Translations under genes and position numbers: made by a program
Shown here: in pieces, positions 45,310 through 54,008 of the stretch
Layout of the letters: each line of letters begins with the position of its first letter
How positions within the stretch are numbered: the first letter of the stretch is position 1
The notes under the pieces: model-generated
What the model was told of the DNA's origin: nothing
Databases searched by the model: none
Seen by the model: the letters and a program-made list of their open reading frames with translations, nothing else
DNA from: a virus
Direction: 5' to 3' (one strand)
IMG/VR virus record: IMGVR_UViG_3300012009_000091
Location: 64,001-128,000 of that record
DNA: 64,000 bases

Positions 45310-46023
45310 ATGTCGTATAGTGTTACGATCGTTGAAGGGATCATCGGCGTTGGAAAGAGTACTGTCAGCCAAGAGCTGGGCAAAGCGCTCGAAAAGATCT
45401 CGGAGAAACCGTCTTTGGTTCTTATGGAACCTGACGAGAAAGACAATGCCAATCCCTACTTGGTCGATTTTTACAAGAACCCCGCTCGATGGGCATTTAC
45501 CATGCAAATCCACCTCCTGAGTCGAAGATACCAGATGCATGAACGAGCCCAATGGGCCTGTCTAGACGAAGCTGGCCATGTCGTCTTGGATCGTTCATAC
45601 TTTGGAGATACTGCTTTCGCTCGTCTTCAGATCAAGAATGGAGATATGGAAGAACGCGAGTTCGAGACCTACACCAAGCTGTACCACAATATGCAGGCGC
45701 ATGTTCTGAAGCCTACTGTCTGTCTTCGGTTGTTGGTGAGTCCAGAGACTGCCATCGAACGCATTAATCGGCGTCTTTTTGAACGCGAGGGACGACAATG
45801 TGAGTCCGGTATTACGATTCAGTATCTTCAAGATCTCGACGATGAGATCACCCACATGGCCAATGTTCTGCGTCAACAGGGTGTGCTGATCCTAGACGTC
45901 CCCTGGGATGTGGAGCGGGACAACGCCGATGCACGCGAGAAAGCCGTTCAGAGTCTTGCCCGACGTATCCACAGTTACCGGCCCGTTGATCCTTTTCTCG
46001 ATCTTCACCGGAAAACCGTATGA
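45310..46023 (+). CDS. deoxynucleoside kinase family protein
   Basis: IVEGIIGVGKST P-loop, FYKNPARWAFTMQ, LDRS and a lid R-x-G-R-x-x-E. Confidence 0.88.
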   Translation: MSYSVTIVEGIIGVGKSTVSQELGKALEKISEKPSLVLMEPDEKDNANPYLVDFYKNPARWAFTMQIHLLSRRYQMHERAQWACLDEAGHVVLDRSYFGDTAFARLQIKNGDMEEREFETYTKLYHNMQAHVLKPTVCLRLLVSPETAIERINRRLFEREGRQCESGITIQYLQDLDDEITHMANVLRQQGVLILDVPWDVERDNADAREKAVQSLARRIHSYRPVDPFLDLHRKTV

Positions 46024-46562
46024 GCAAAACGCATTCATTTACCGGGAGGGAGATTCGATTTGACCACCCCGAACAGATTGATGTTTGCATTGAAGACATT
46101 GCCCACTCCCTGTCGTTGATCTGCCGGTTCAATGGCCATTGCCACGAGTTCTATTCTGTAGCGCAACATTCTGTATTCGTCAGTTCTCTACTTGATGATG
46201 AGCATGCGCTACCTGGCTTGATGCACGATGCTGCAGAGGCGTATATCGGGGACATCATTGTCCCTGTTCGAGAGACATTTGGCGCTCATCGAATCGATCA
46301 AGTGGAACAGGCGATAGCCTGGAGAATCCAGGAAGTGTTAGAGATTTCTGATTGGACCAATAATCCCGTTGTCTACGCCGCAGATAAGCAGATGTTGGCC
46401 ATTGAGGTGCAATCGTTGATGCACTCTAACGCGTTGAATTGGCCAGATGTACGTAATGCTCGAGTAGATCCAACACGTCAATGCCGGTCCTGGCATCCAA
46501 CTCATGCTGAGCATCAATTTTTGATCAGGTACAAGCATTTGAAGTCAATCACAAGAGTATAG
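46020..46562 (+). CDS. HD-domain 5'-deoxynucleotidase-like phosphohydrolase (YfdR-like)
   Basis: DIAHSLSLICRFNGH, YSVAQHS and LMHDAAEAYIGD. Confidence 0.85.
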   Translation: MSKTHSFTGREIRFDHPEQIDVCIEDIAHSLSLICRFNGHCHEFYSVAQHSVFVSSLLDDEHALPGLMHDAAEAYIGDIIVPVRETFGAHRIDQVEQAIAWRIQEVLEISDWTNNPVVYAADKQMLAIEVQSLMHSNALNWPDVRNARVDPTRQCRSWHPTHAEHQFLIRYKHLKSITRV

Positions 46563-46710
46563 AGCAGTCTATGTTTATGCAGACGTGCCCAGTGCATAAC
46601 TAGTTCTGAGAGCGAGGTCTGTTCCACGGATCTCGTCTTAGCGTCTGTTGCAGATGTCATTGAAGCCAGTGTACACTTTCGCTGAGTAGTTGTGGGACGC
46701 GGAGAATCAC

Positions 46711-47853
46711 ATGTCGTTGCCAGAGTTCTTATCCAGGAAGGTCGATTCGGAGTCCCTTGTTCAAAAACTAGCTCGAGCTGCTCGTACTTCAACACCGGTC
46801 TATCATGGATCTCCAGTTAGGGCTGATATACTTCAGCCCAGACTTGAACACGGTGATCCGATGGTTCCTGACGCGGTCTTCGCTTCCCCGTTTCGAGATT
46901 TTGCGCTCGCCTATGCTGGTCGAAAGTGGAGCGATCGTGATTTCAATCAGAGCATACGACGGAAGAGCGGACAACATGAAATGATCATGCGGGAGATGCG
47001 ACCGAATGCTATCGAGGACACTTATAAGAATGTTCCAGGCTATCTCTATCATTTGGCGCCACAGGAATTCGAGCGAACACAGAGACCAGGATCTACATGG
47101 GAGGTCATCAGTACCAAACCTGTTAAACCGCTCCGCGTAGAAAGCGTAACAGATGTTCTTCAAGCATTAGAGAGTGAACCATCGGTTCGATTAGAGAGGT
47201 ATGATCCTGGCCATCCTGATACTCGGGCCGCGATACGAAGAATGGTCGCCCGGATGAACGAGATGGAAGATCCGTCCGAATATCGTGATTGGCGTTTGGA
47301 GGGGGCTCCGGATGAGATTCGTCGCCTCTTAGAGGAAGAGGAGGCACGGCTCAAGACGGCGAAAGCTCCTGTTATTCAAGCCACATCCTTGGACGATCTG
47401 CGAGATGCCCTGCAGCTCGAGCAAGATCAATGGGGTGATGTGGTATGTCCCAGTCCTCGGGATAAAGTTTTCGTGATCAAGGACAACGATGGTATCGTCG
47501 GTTCTGTACGAGTTAATACTAAACCGCGTGAAACTTGGGATGATGAAGCTGATAAAGTGATGTCGAAGCTGGACCCTCAAGTGTGGGTAACTTCTATTGT
47601 AGTCCGAAAGGATCGGCGAGGCGAAGGTGTCGGTACTGCTTTGCAGCAGAGCTTACAGCAGAAGTATGACCGGATCGCTTTAGGGACAGGGGAGAGGTCT
47701 GACGAGTCAATGAAGCATCTGAGCAAGAGACTCGGATTCAAAAAGGTTCTGTTCCGAAACACAGGAGATGTGAAAGACGTTCATTTCTGGGAACGGGACA
47801 AGACGGCTTCAATTATCAAAAGGGTTCTGTATTCCAAACTTCACGCCGTATGA
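46711..47853 (+). CDS. ADP-ribosyltransferase-like domain fused to a GNAT acetyltransferase
   Basis: ART-like YHGS...VFASP...GYLY...WEVIS; GNAT motif A VRKDRRGEGVGTAL and KRLGF; domains bounded by KLA, KTA and KTA. Confidence 0.65.
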   Translation: MSLPEFLSRKVDSESLVQKLARAARTSTPVYHGSPVRADILQPRLEHGDPMVPDAVFASPFRDFALAYAGRKWSDRDFNQSIRRKSGQHEMIMREMRPNAIEDTYKNVPGYLYHLAPQEFERTQRPGSTWEVISTKPVKPLRVESVTDVLQALESEPSVRLERYDPGHPDTRAAIRRMVARMNEMEDPSEYRDWRLEGAPDEIRRLLEEEEARLKTAKAPVIQATSLDDLRDALQLEQDQWGDVVCPSPRDKVFVIKDNDGIVGSVRVNTKPRETWDDEADKVMSKLDPQVWVTSIVVRKDRRGEGVGTALQQSLQQKYDRIALGTGERSDESMKHLSKRLGFKKVLFRNTGDVKDVHFWERDKTASIIKRVLYSKLHAV

Positions 47854-47958
47854 CGGCTTTTTTGTCTTCAACTATCGCTTTGATTTTGCTTCTTGGATCA
47901 CGTGCTAGTTCTTTTCTGTCGCTTTCTGTGAATGGAGAGGCGTCTCTTGACTTTCCAA

Positions 47959-47965
47959 GTATAAG
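47959..47965 (+). promoter_or_regulatory. GTATAAG promoter-like motif
   Basis: Intergenic; followed by a structured leader and the DinG unit. Confidence 0.6.
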
Positions 47966-48104
47966 ACCTAAACTAGCTCTTCCAGCTAGATACCAAGTGG
48001 GCTATTCAGCCCGATGAGACAGCTGGGGCTGAGATCACGATTTCCGATGGTGTGGAAAGAATCTCTAGCCCCAGCTGTCATAATTTTGAACAGAAGGAGG
48101 AAGA

Positions 48105-48371
48105 ATGCACGTGCTCATCCATTGTTTACACTGTCTCCAAGAGACGAGAGAGAATCCTCGAGAAGACGCACGATTGGAGGTCGAACTCGAATTCGAAACT
48201 GGCGCCGATGTCGGAGTCTTGCACTTACGGTGTGTTCGATGCAACCGTTCGATCAGATCGTTTTCAACCGTTGTACCCTCGGAAATACGAGATCTACCAA
48301 ATATGGCTGCGAATCCGTCCGACGGACAGGACGAAGAGGATGAGGGTAAACTAAAGAAGTATCTCAACTAG
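48105..48371 (+). CDS. small Zn-binding protein
   Basis: CLHC...CVRC; AAGGAGG RBS. Confidence 0.6.
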   Translation: MHVLIHCLHCLQETRENPREDARLEVELEFETGADVGVLHLRCVRCNRSIRSFSTVVPSEIRDLPNMAANPSDGQDEEDEGKLKKYLN

Positions 48372-48379
48372 GAGGTGAA

Positions 48380-48604
48380 GTGAATTTCGATGACCTGATG
48401 AGTCGAATCGAGCGACTTCAAGAACAGTGGCAAGCTGTCGAAGGTGATTACAAGCCCGCGAAGAAGCGACGTCAGCGCTTGAGTAAGCGGATCTCCAGAC
48501 TTCATGCTCAATTGAAGGATGGATTGGCAAATCAACAATTTGTCGATCAACAACGTTTCCATTCCATGGAAGAGAATCTCCGTTCACTGGGAGTGATCAG
48601 TTGA
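48380..48604 (+). CDS. small coiled-coil protein
   Basis: AGGAGGT RBS. Confidence 0.55.
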   Translation: MNFDDLMSRIERLQEQWQAVEGDYKPAKKRRQRLSKRISRLHAQLKDGLANQQFVDQQRFHSMEENLRSLGVIS

Positions 48605-48622
48605 ACATAGGAAGGTGACTAG

Positions 48623-50608
48623 ATGAAAGCTGAGGAGTACTTCGGGCCAGAAGGTCTTCTGTCAACAGCGTTCGATGGATACGAATACAGGGAGGGCCAA
48701 GAAGCGATGGCGCAGATGGTCTTGGACGCTATAAAAGACCGTCACCGCGTCATCATAGAAGCGGGAACAGGGACAGGGAAGACTCTGGCCTATTTGATTC
48801 CCGCCGCCGTGACGGGCTGTCGAACGGTTGTTTCGACCGCCACGAAAGCCCTCCAAGGTCAATTGATCAACAGCGATGTTCCCAAAGTGCATGCCGCAGG
48901 GCTACCCCTCTCGGCTGCTGTTCTGAAGGGACGAGACAACTACGTCTGTAGACGTAAGCTTCGCCAGTGTCGAAAGAACCCGCCCATTTGGGCTAAGAAA
49001 GATGAGCGCTTGTGGAAGAAATTACAAGTGTGGGTACGTGACGACAAAGGATTTCGAGATCGTGCGACATTCCCGTATCTAGGAGACGACGCATTGGAGT
49101 GGGCTGACGTAACTGTCAGTAGTCAGAACTGTTGGCGAAATACGTGTCCGCTTAAAGACGGGTGCTATGCCGACCAGGCCAGAGGTCGAGCGGCCTCGGC
49201 TCAAGTTCTGATCGTCAACCACCATCTTTTCTTTGCAGACTTGATGTTAAAGTCCGAAGGTGCGCCTGGGCTTCTTCACAATGTGGATTTCGTTGTGTTG
49301 GACGAAGCGCACAAGATGGAATCGGCAGCGACGGGCTTTTTTTCGATTGCTGTTTCCCATGCTCGAGTGAAGCGGCTAATCCGCTCTATCAATTCTCTCG
49401 TCCACACTTACCCTCCTGGTTTTAGAACCAAAATCCAGGAGATGCAAAAGGCTTCCGAAACCTTCTTCGAGCTGCTCTCAAAGGAAGTTCAAGATCGAGT
49501 TGGGAGTGGGTCAATTGAGTGGAGTCGAATTTGTGACGATCGCCTTGCTTCACTCAGTCAAGAGGGGCTAGAGCGAGTGGAAGAGGTGCATGTCCGGCTT
49601 CGAGATTTGAACAATTCGGACATTAAACAGTTCGATGACCCGCCGTTGACAGCGCAAAAGGTGTCATCTATTTTGCGCACAAAGACGCAGCGTTTGATGG
49701 ATGAGTGGGAGGACGTGCTCTGCGATGCGACGGACAATTACGTACAATACGTTCAAGGCCGTCAGTATGGAGCACGTCTGGTTTCCAGCCCAATCTGTCC
49801 GGGCGATGTTCTAGAGCAAGAGATGCTTCCGATCTATCCGGCCATGGCGTTTGTCAGCGCTACGTTGGTAGTAGGAGAGTCGTTCGATTATTTTCGTTCT
49901 CGGGCGGGACTGAGAGACTCGAGCTCTGCTCAAGAATATTGGGTTGAAAGTCCGTTCAACTACGAGAAACAAGCAGCTACCTACGTGCCTACTGCCTTTC
50001 CGGTTCCTAGTAGCCGGGATTTCATTCCGAATGCCGCGGATGTCATTGAAGAGCTAGTCAAGATTACAGGGGGTCGGGCATTTGTTCTGTGTACCAGCTA
50101 TCGGAATATGCACGGGCTGCATAAGGCGCTATCCAACCGGCTCCCTTATCAGATCTTGGTACAGGGAAAAATGGCGAAAGAAACGATTGTCAAGAAGTTC
50201 CAAGAGGAGCCGTCTGTTCTCTTTGCCACGGCCAGTTTTTGGGAAGGAGTCGATATTTCTGGTGAGGCGTTAAGTTTGGTTGTCATCGACAAGATCCCTT
50301 TTGCACCACACACCGATCCTCTCGTCAATGCTCGTGTCGAGCTTCTCAAGGCTGAAGGGAGAAATGCATTCATGGAGTACCAAGTCCCGACGGCCGCACT
50401 GACTTTGAAGCAGGGATTTGGCCGTTTGATTCGTCGAAGAACGGATCGTGGCATAGTCGCTTTTCTCGACACTCGTCTGTTGACCGGACATTACGCGGCA
50501 CAGCTATGGGATGCGCTCCCTCTCTGTTCCGATTGTGAATCAATCGAACAGTTACAGGGGTGGTACCACGATCCTGACAAGTGGATCGACAAGCTGTTGA
50601 AGATGTAA
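48623..50608 (+). CDS. dinG: DinG/YoaA-family ATP-dependent helicase
   Basis: Q-motif REGQ, EAGTGTGKT, Fe-S cluster Cys, DEAH, SAT, FWEGVD and QGFGRLIR. Confidence 0.92.
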   Translation: MKAEEYFGPEGLLSTAFDGYEYREGQEAMAQMVLDAIKDRHRVIIEAGTGTGKTLAYLIPAAVTGCRTVVSTATKALQGQLINSDVPKVHAAGLPLSAAVLKGRDNYVCRRKLRQCRKNPPIWAKKDERLWKKLQVWVRDDKGFRDRATFPYLGDDALEWADVTVSSQNCWRNTCPLKDGCYADQARGRAASAQVLIVNHHLFFADLMLKSEGAPGLLHNVDFVVLDEAHKMESAATGFFSIAVSHARVKRLIRSINSLVHTYPPGFRTKIQEMQKASETFFELLSKEVQDRVGSGSIEWSRICDDRLASLSQEGLERVEEVHVRLRDLNNSDIKQFDDPPLTAQKVSSILRTKTQRLMDEWEDVLCDATDNYVQYVQGRQYGARLVSSPICPGDVLEQEMLPIYPAMAFVSATLVVGESFDYFRSRAGLRDSSSAQEYWVESPFNYEKQAATYVPTAFPVPSSRDFIPNAADVIEELVKITGGRAFVLCTSYRNMHGLHKALSNRLPYQILVQGKMAKETIVKKFQEEPSVLFATASFWEGVDISGEALSLVVIDKIPFAPHTDPLVNARVELLKAEGRNAFMEYQVPTAALTLKQGFGRLIRRRTDRGIVAFLDTRLLTGHYAAQLWDALPLCSDCESIEQLQGWYHDPDKWIDKLLKM

Positions 50609-50722
50609 TGTCAAGCCCCCAAAAGTGGGGACGTGTACTTGGTTCGGGATGTGCACACATCTGAATCATTACGTTACAAAGAACTATGTGTTTTAAGGGA
50701 CACATGTAAAAGGAGGATGATC

Positions 50723-50944
50723 ATGGGTTGGATCGGACCGACAGAAAGGGTTCAAGATTGTCTGAAGACCCATGCAGATCGTGATGAGTACGGGCAATAC
50801 ATGATACGAGGGTCGCAAGTCGTATCGTTTTTGGGTGCCGGTGAAGAGTATGTTCTCGGAGACGGCACTGAAATTCGTGTTCAGGGAGAGTGGAAACCGA
50901 TCATCCCGTTATTGTACGGCGGTATACGGGTAACAGTCATTTAG
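50723..50944 (+). CDS. hypothetical protein
   Basis: AGGAGG RBS. Confidence 0.5.
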   Translation: MGWIGPTERVQDCLKTHADRDEYGQYMIRGSQVVSFLGAGEEYVLGDGTEIRVQGEWKPIIPLLYGGIRVTVI

Positions 50945-50952
50945 GAGGATCA

Positions 50953-51681
50953 ATGGACTTAAGCACAATAGACACAAGCAAATTAGAGGCGATCGCAGAC
51001 TTGCTTCAGCACCAGTTCAGCAAACTGTCTGACAAGTGGACCAAGTGCCAGTGGACCAAGAAGATGGGAACCTTGGGTCTCATTGACCTGAAGAACAGGA
51101 CGGCAGCTGATGTCTATGATCTGATTGTCGGGGCTCGATTTCGTGTCGAAAAACTTCTCTCTACCCTTGCCGATGCGGGGTACGAGTACAAACTTGTGGT
51201 ATCTCTGGCTGATGCCGCAGAGTGGGAAAAATATGGGGAGCAAGTTGACGCTTACCTTCGAGATGTTGAGCGGAGAGCCTATGAGGCGGCGAGGTGTGCT
51301 GGAGAACTTATAGAAGGTATCCAGGACCGTGAACTTGCTTCTGCTTCCATAAAGGCGGCGGAAATTTTGAGACTGGAAAGTGTGCGTCCTTCGGGTCAGT
51401 TCGTTTGGAAGAAGTTCTGTCATACTGTCCAAGAGATCATTCGAGCACTTCAGAGAGGGTGGATACCGCGTTGGACAATTCGAACAGACGATCAACATGT
51501 CATTCTCGGAAATCGTCAAGAAGGAAACAGGTCGGAAGAGGTCTACACGGCCTATGAGTGGAATCGAATGGAAGGAGGTTTTCCCAGTCCATGTAGTTGG
51601 ACGATGAAGTTTGTGGGCGATACGGTTCAATGGCTGTTCAATGGCCAAATTCAAGTCGATCCGAAGGTCGAAGCAGTTTGA
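50953..51681 (+). CDS. hypothetical protein
   Basis: AGGAGG RBS; 242 aa. Confidence 0.6.
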   Translation: MDLSTIDTSKLEAIADLLQHQFSKLSDKWTKCQWTKKMGTLGLIDLKNRTAADVYDLIVGARFRVEKLLSTLADAGYEYKLVVSLADAAEWEKYGEQVDAYLRDVERRAYEAARCAGELIEGIQDRELASASIKAAEILRLESVRPSGQFVWKKFCHTVQEIIRALQRGWIPRWTIRTDDQHVILGNRQEGNRSEEVYTAYEWNRMEGGFPSPCSWTMKFVGDTVQWLFNGQIQVDPKVEAV

Positions 51682-51732
51682 CTTGCGCTTCTATTTTCAG
51701 GAGCTCAGGGTTGTCGGCTTTTGTATAGAAGA

Positions 51733-51758
51733 GAGCGCTAAATAGCGCTCGTTCTTTT
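51733..51758 (+). terminator. intrinsic terminator
   Basis: GAGCGCT-AAAT-AGCGCTC followed by GTTCTTTT. Confidence 0.55.
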
Positions 51759-51796
51759 GGGGTCGCGTTCTGCGGCCCCTCTCTTTACCTTCGATT

Positions 51797-51803
51797 GTAT
51801 AAG
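51797..51803 (+). promoter_or_regulatory. GTATAAG promoter-like motif
   Basis: 28 nt upstream of the start at 51831. Confidence 0.6.
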
Positions 51804-51830
51804 CAGGTATCACCACGACGAGGAGAAATT

Positions 51831-52211
51831 ATGCGACCGATTCCACAGTGTCTACCACGTTTCTTTTGTGTCAACATTCCATATTCTGTGCCTAAAGAAG
51901 AGATTCCGGACGAGTTTTGGGAGCCCGATCATCCATATCGGCAACCGATGGATATTTGGTTCTTCTTCGGTGGAGAGACACTGGAGACGGGCGAGAACGG
52001 AATACTGCTAACGCTCCAAGATCATACGACGAAGATTTGGCTGGCTCCGAAAAGCGAACTCTCAGAACAGGACGCCAAGTATGCTACTCACGCCATTGGA
52101 AACATTCTGTCGTCATTCGACTTCAACCATGAACACAAAATGGCGATGGCGGCCTATTTGACGGCGGAGTGGTTTGATCTCATACCGAAGGAGGAAGAGG
52201 AGATAGATTAG
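51831..52211 (+). CDS. hypothetical phage protein
   Basis: GAGGAG RBS; ILSSFDFNHEHKMAMAAYL motif. Confidence 0.6.
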   Translation: MRPIPQCLPRFFCVNIPYSVPKEEIPDEFWEPDHPYRQPMDIWFFFGGETLETGENGILLTLQDHTTKIWLAPKSELSEQDAKYATHAIGNILSSFDFNHEHKMAMAAYLTAEWFDLIPKEEEEID

Positions 52212-52444
52212 CGCCCTACTACATGCGGCTTCGGAGGTGCAGGCGGTTGTGGTGCTGCCTTTGATTTGAGTAAACTAGGGCCTGCCAAAGATCCGGCAAC
52301 AGATCCTCCGATCGCTCCGATTTTGGGTGCTTTCTTCAACAAGGTCTTGCCCGCCAATCCTCCTGCCATTCCCCCGATTAGTGATCCAAGCGCGCGCTTC
52401 TCTAGAGCTTGTCGCGCCAATTTGATGTACAGTGGGTTAACCAT
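52208..52444 (-). CDS. small glycine-zipper protein, putative virion cargo
   Basis: AGGAGG RBS; KLARQALEKRA leader resembles KLAAAALEKSA of 25294..25701. Confidence 0.65.
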   Translation of the reverse strand: MVNPLYIKLARQALEKRALGSLIGGMAGGLAGKTLLKKAPKIGAIGGSVAGSLAGPSLLKSKAAPQPPAPPKPHVVGR

Positions 52445-52505
52445 AATTCCGACCTCCTATCGGGATTATAATATACTGAGCACATGACGTATACAAGAGG
52501 AGAAC

Positions 52506-52730
52506 ATGAAAGTACAACTACATCCGGTCGAGACACGCGTGGTCTGTCCGGTTTGTGTTCGCGAGATTCCGAATCCTGATCATACCGGAACAGTTTGGAC
52601 TGAGTACGACTTAACTCGCACCAATGGCGCGTTCTACTGTGAGGTCTGTCGGACTCGATTCACCGAAGTTCACGTATCCATCGATATGAAGGATCAAGCA
52701 GAACATCCTTATTCCGAAGAGAACAGGTAG
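52506..52730 (+). CDS. Zn-ribbon small protein
   Basis: CPVC...CEVC; GAGGAG RBS. Confidence 0.6.
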   Translation: MKVQLHPVETRVVCPVCVREIPNPDHTGTVWTEYDLTRTNGAFYCEVCRTRFTEVHVSIDMKDQAEHPYSEENR

Positions 52731-52750
52731 TCAATCAAGAACCAACTTAC

Positions 52751-52789
52751 AAGAGTGCGCAGAGGGAAACTGCGTACTCTTTCTTTAGC
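52751..52789 (+). terminator. intrinsic terminator
   Basis: AAGAGTGCGCAG-AGGGAAA-CTGCGTACTCTT then TCTTTAGC. Confidence 0.7.
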
Positions 52790-52867
52790 TCGTGTGTAAA
52801 TTGTTTACACAGGCAACTGCGCTATCTAGAATTAGCGGTGGATTTTACATAACTACGGAGGACCCCC

Positions 52868-53833
52868 ATGAGTGACACTATCCCTTACGGATTTGATTTG
52901 GACAGCGCCGTTGATTACAACCAACGTAGAGCAAAGGCTTTAGGTTGGTACGACGCCATCCCTGATCATGCTGTTTCAGACCATCCGTGTTTCTTTCATG
53001 ATCCGGTAGAGGGGAACAATGAAGAGAAGAGGAGGTTTGCCCTCGAGGTTCTCAACTTCCAGAGAAAGGCTTTCTCAGACACAGCCGAACATGACGGCAA
53101 ACTGGGACAGGATACGTGGACCCGTTTGCTACAGATCTTTGACAATGTAGACGATGCAGAGAGCTTTGTTCTCTGGAGTGGCCGGCGATTTGCCACTCCT
53201 GAGGCGCACGTGATCTCCTTTGAAGAGTCGAATGGATTCGATCTCCATCGTGCTGGCAATTTCTCTCGGCGCCCAACGGATATCCGCCTGATTGTCCTCC
53301 ACTGGGGAGGAAGCACTGTTCATAATCTATATCGCTACTTCAATACTCCTGAACGAGATTTGTCGACTCATTTCGGCATTGGCCCGATAGGCGCGTACCA
53401 GTTTCTTGATCTCAAACATCGAGCATGGCATGCAGGGTATGTCAATGACTACGCTGTAGGTGTAGATATTTGTCAACAGCCGACTATTGAGTATCGCGAC
53501 TACTATTGTCGCCGCCAAGATTATGACGTTTCGGTTGTACAGAACCCAACGGATCGGGGGAGGACAAAAATCTTGTCGCTGGACGTTGCTATTTGCGATC
53601 AGACGTGTTGGTTGGTCCTTGAGCTATGTAGAGTCTTGAATATTCCATTGAGGGCTCCTAGAGGCGCTGACGGGCTCTCAGAGGACGGGCCGATTTGGCA
53701 TGGAACTTTCGATCGCGATGTTCTCGATAGTGGTCAGTTCCAAGGTGTAGTGGGTCATCATCATGTCAAAGAGACGAAGTGGGATATGGCCTGTTGGTGG
53801 GATATGATTTTCAAGGGTACAGAACTTAGTTAG
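52868..53833 (+). CDS. N-acetylmuramoyl-L-alanine amidase (Amidase_2-like endolysin) with a peptidoglycan-binding-like N-terminus
   Basis: IVLHW, STHFGI, AWHAGYVN, VVGHHHV and KWD; DGKLGQDTW motif. Confidence 0.85.
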   Translation: MSDTIPYGFDLDSAVDYNQRRAKALGWYDAIPDHAVSDHPCFFHDPVEGNNEEKRRFALEVLNFQRKAFSDTAEHDGKLGQDTWTRLLQIFDNVDDAESFVLWSGRRFATPEAHVISFEESNGFDLHRAGNFSRRPTDIRLIVLHWGGSTVHNLYRYFNTPERDLSTHFGIGPIGAYQFLDLKHRAWHAGYVNDYAVGVDICQQPTIEYRDYYCRRQDYDVSVVQNPTDRGRTKILSLDVAICDQTCWLVLELCRVLNIPLRAPRGADGLSEDGPIWHGTFDRDVLDSGQFQGVVGHHHVKETKWDMACWWDMIFKGTELS

Positions 53834-53886
53834 CTTTGTCCACCTTCTCTACTGCCTCCATTATCTCGTCTTCCTCTCAAAAGTAC

Positions 53887-53893
53887 GTATAAG
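53887..53893 (+). promoter_or_regulatory. GTATAAG promoter-like motif
   Basis: Intergenic; heads the DHH and paralog-array unit. Confidence 0.6.
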
Positions 53894-54008
53894 CAAGCAT
53901 ACTCGCGTGTCCTTCCGTTCGTTAAGAGAATTGGGATAACGGAGACATCGAATGTCCAGTGCGCGGCAAAGAGTGGCGTACTATAACTGAGAAGACAAGG
54001 AGAAGTAC

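Noticed and set aside
45310-46562. Z-genome (PurZ/DatZ) pathway
   Set aside because: The HD protein has YfdR-like motifs and no PurZ-like gene is present here.
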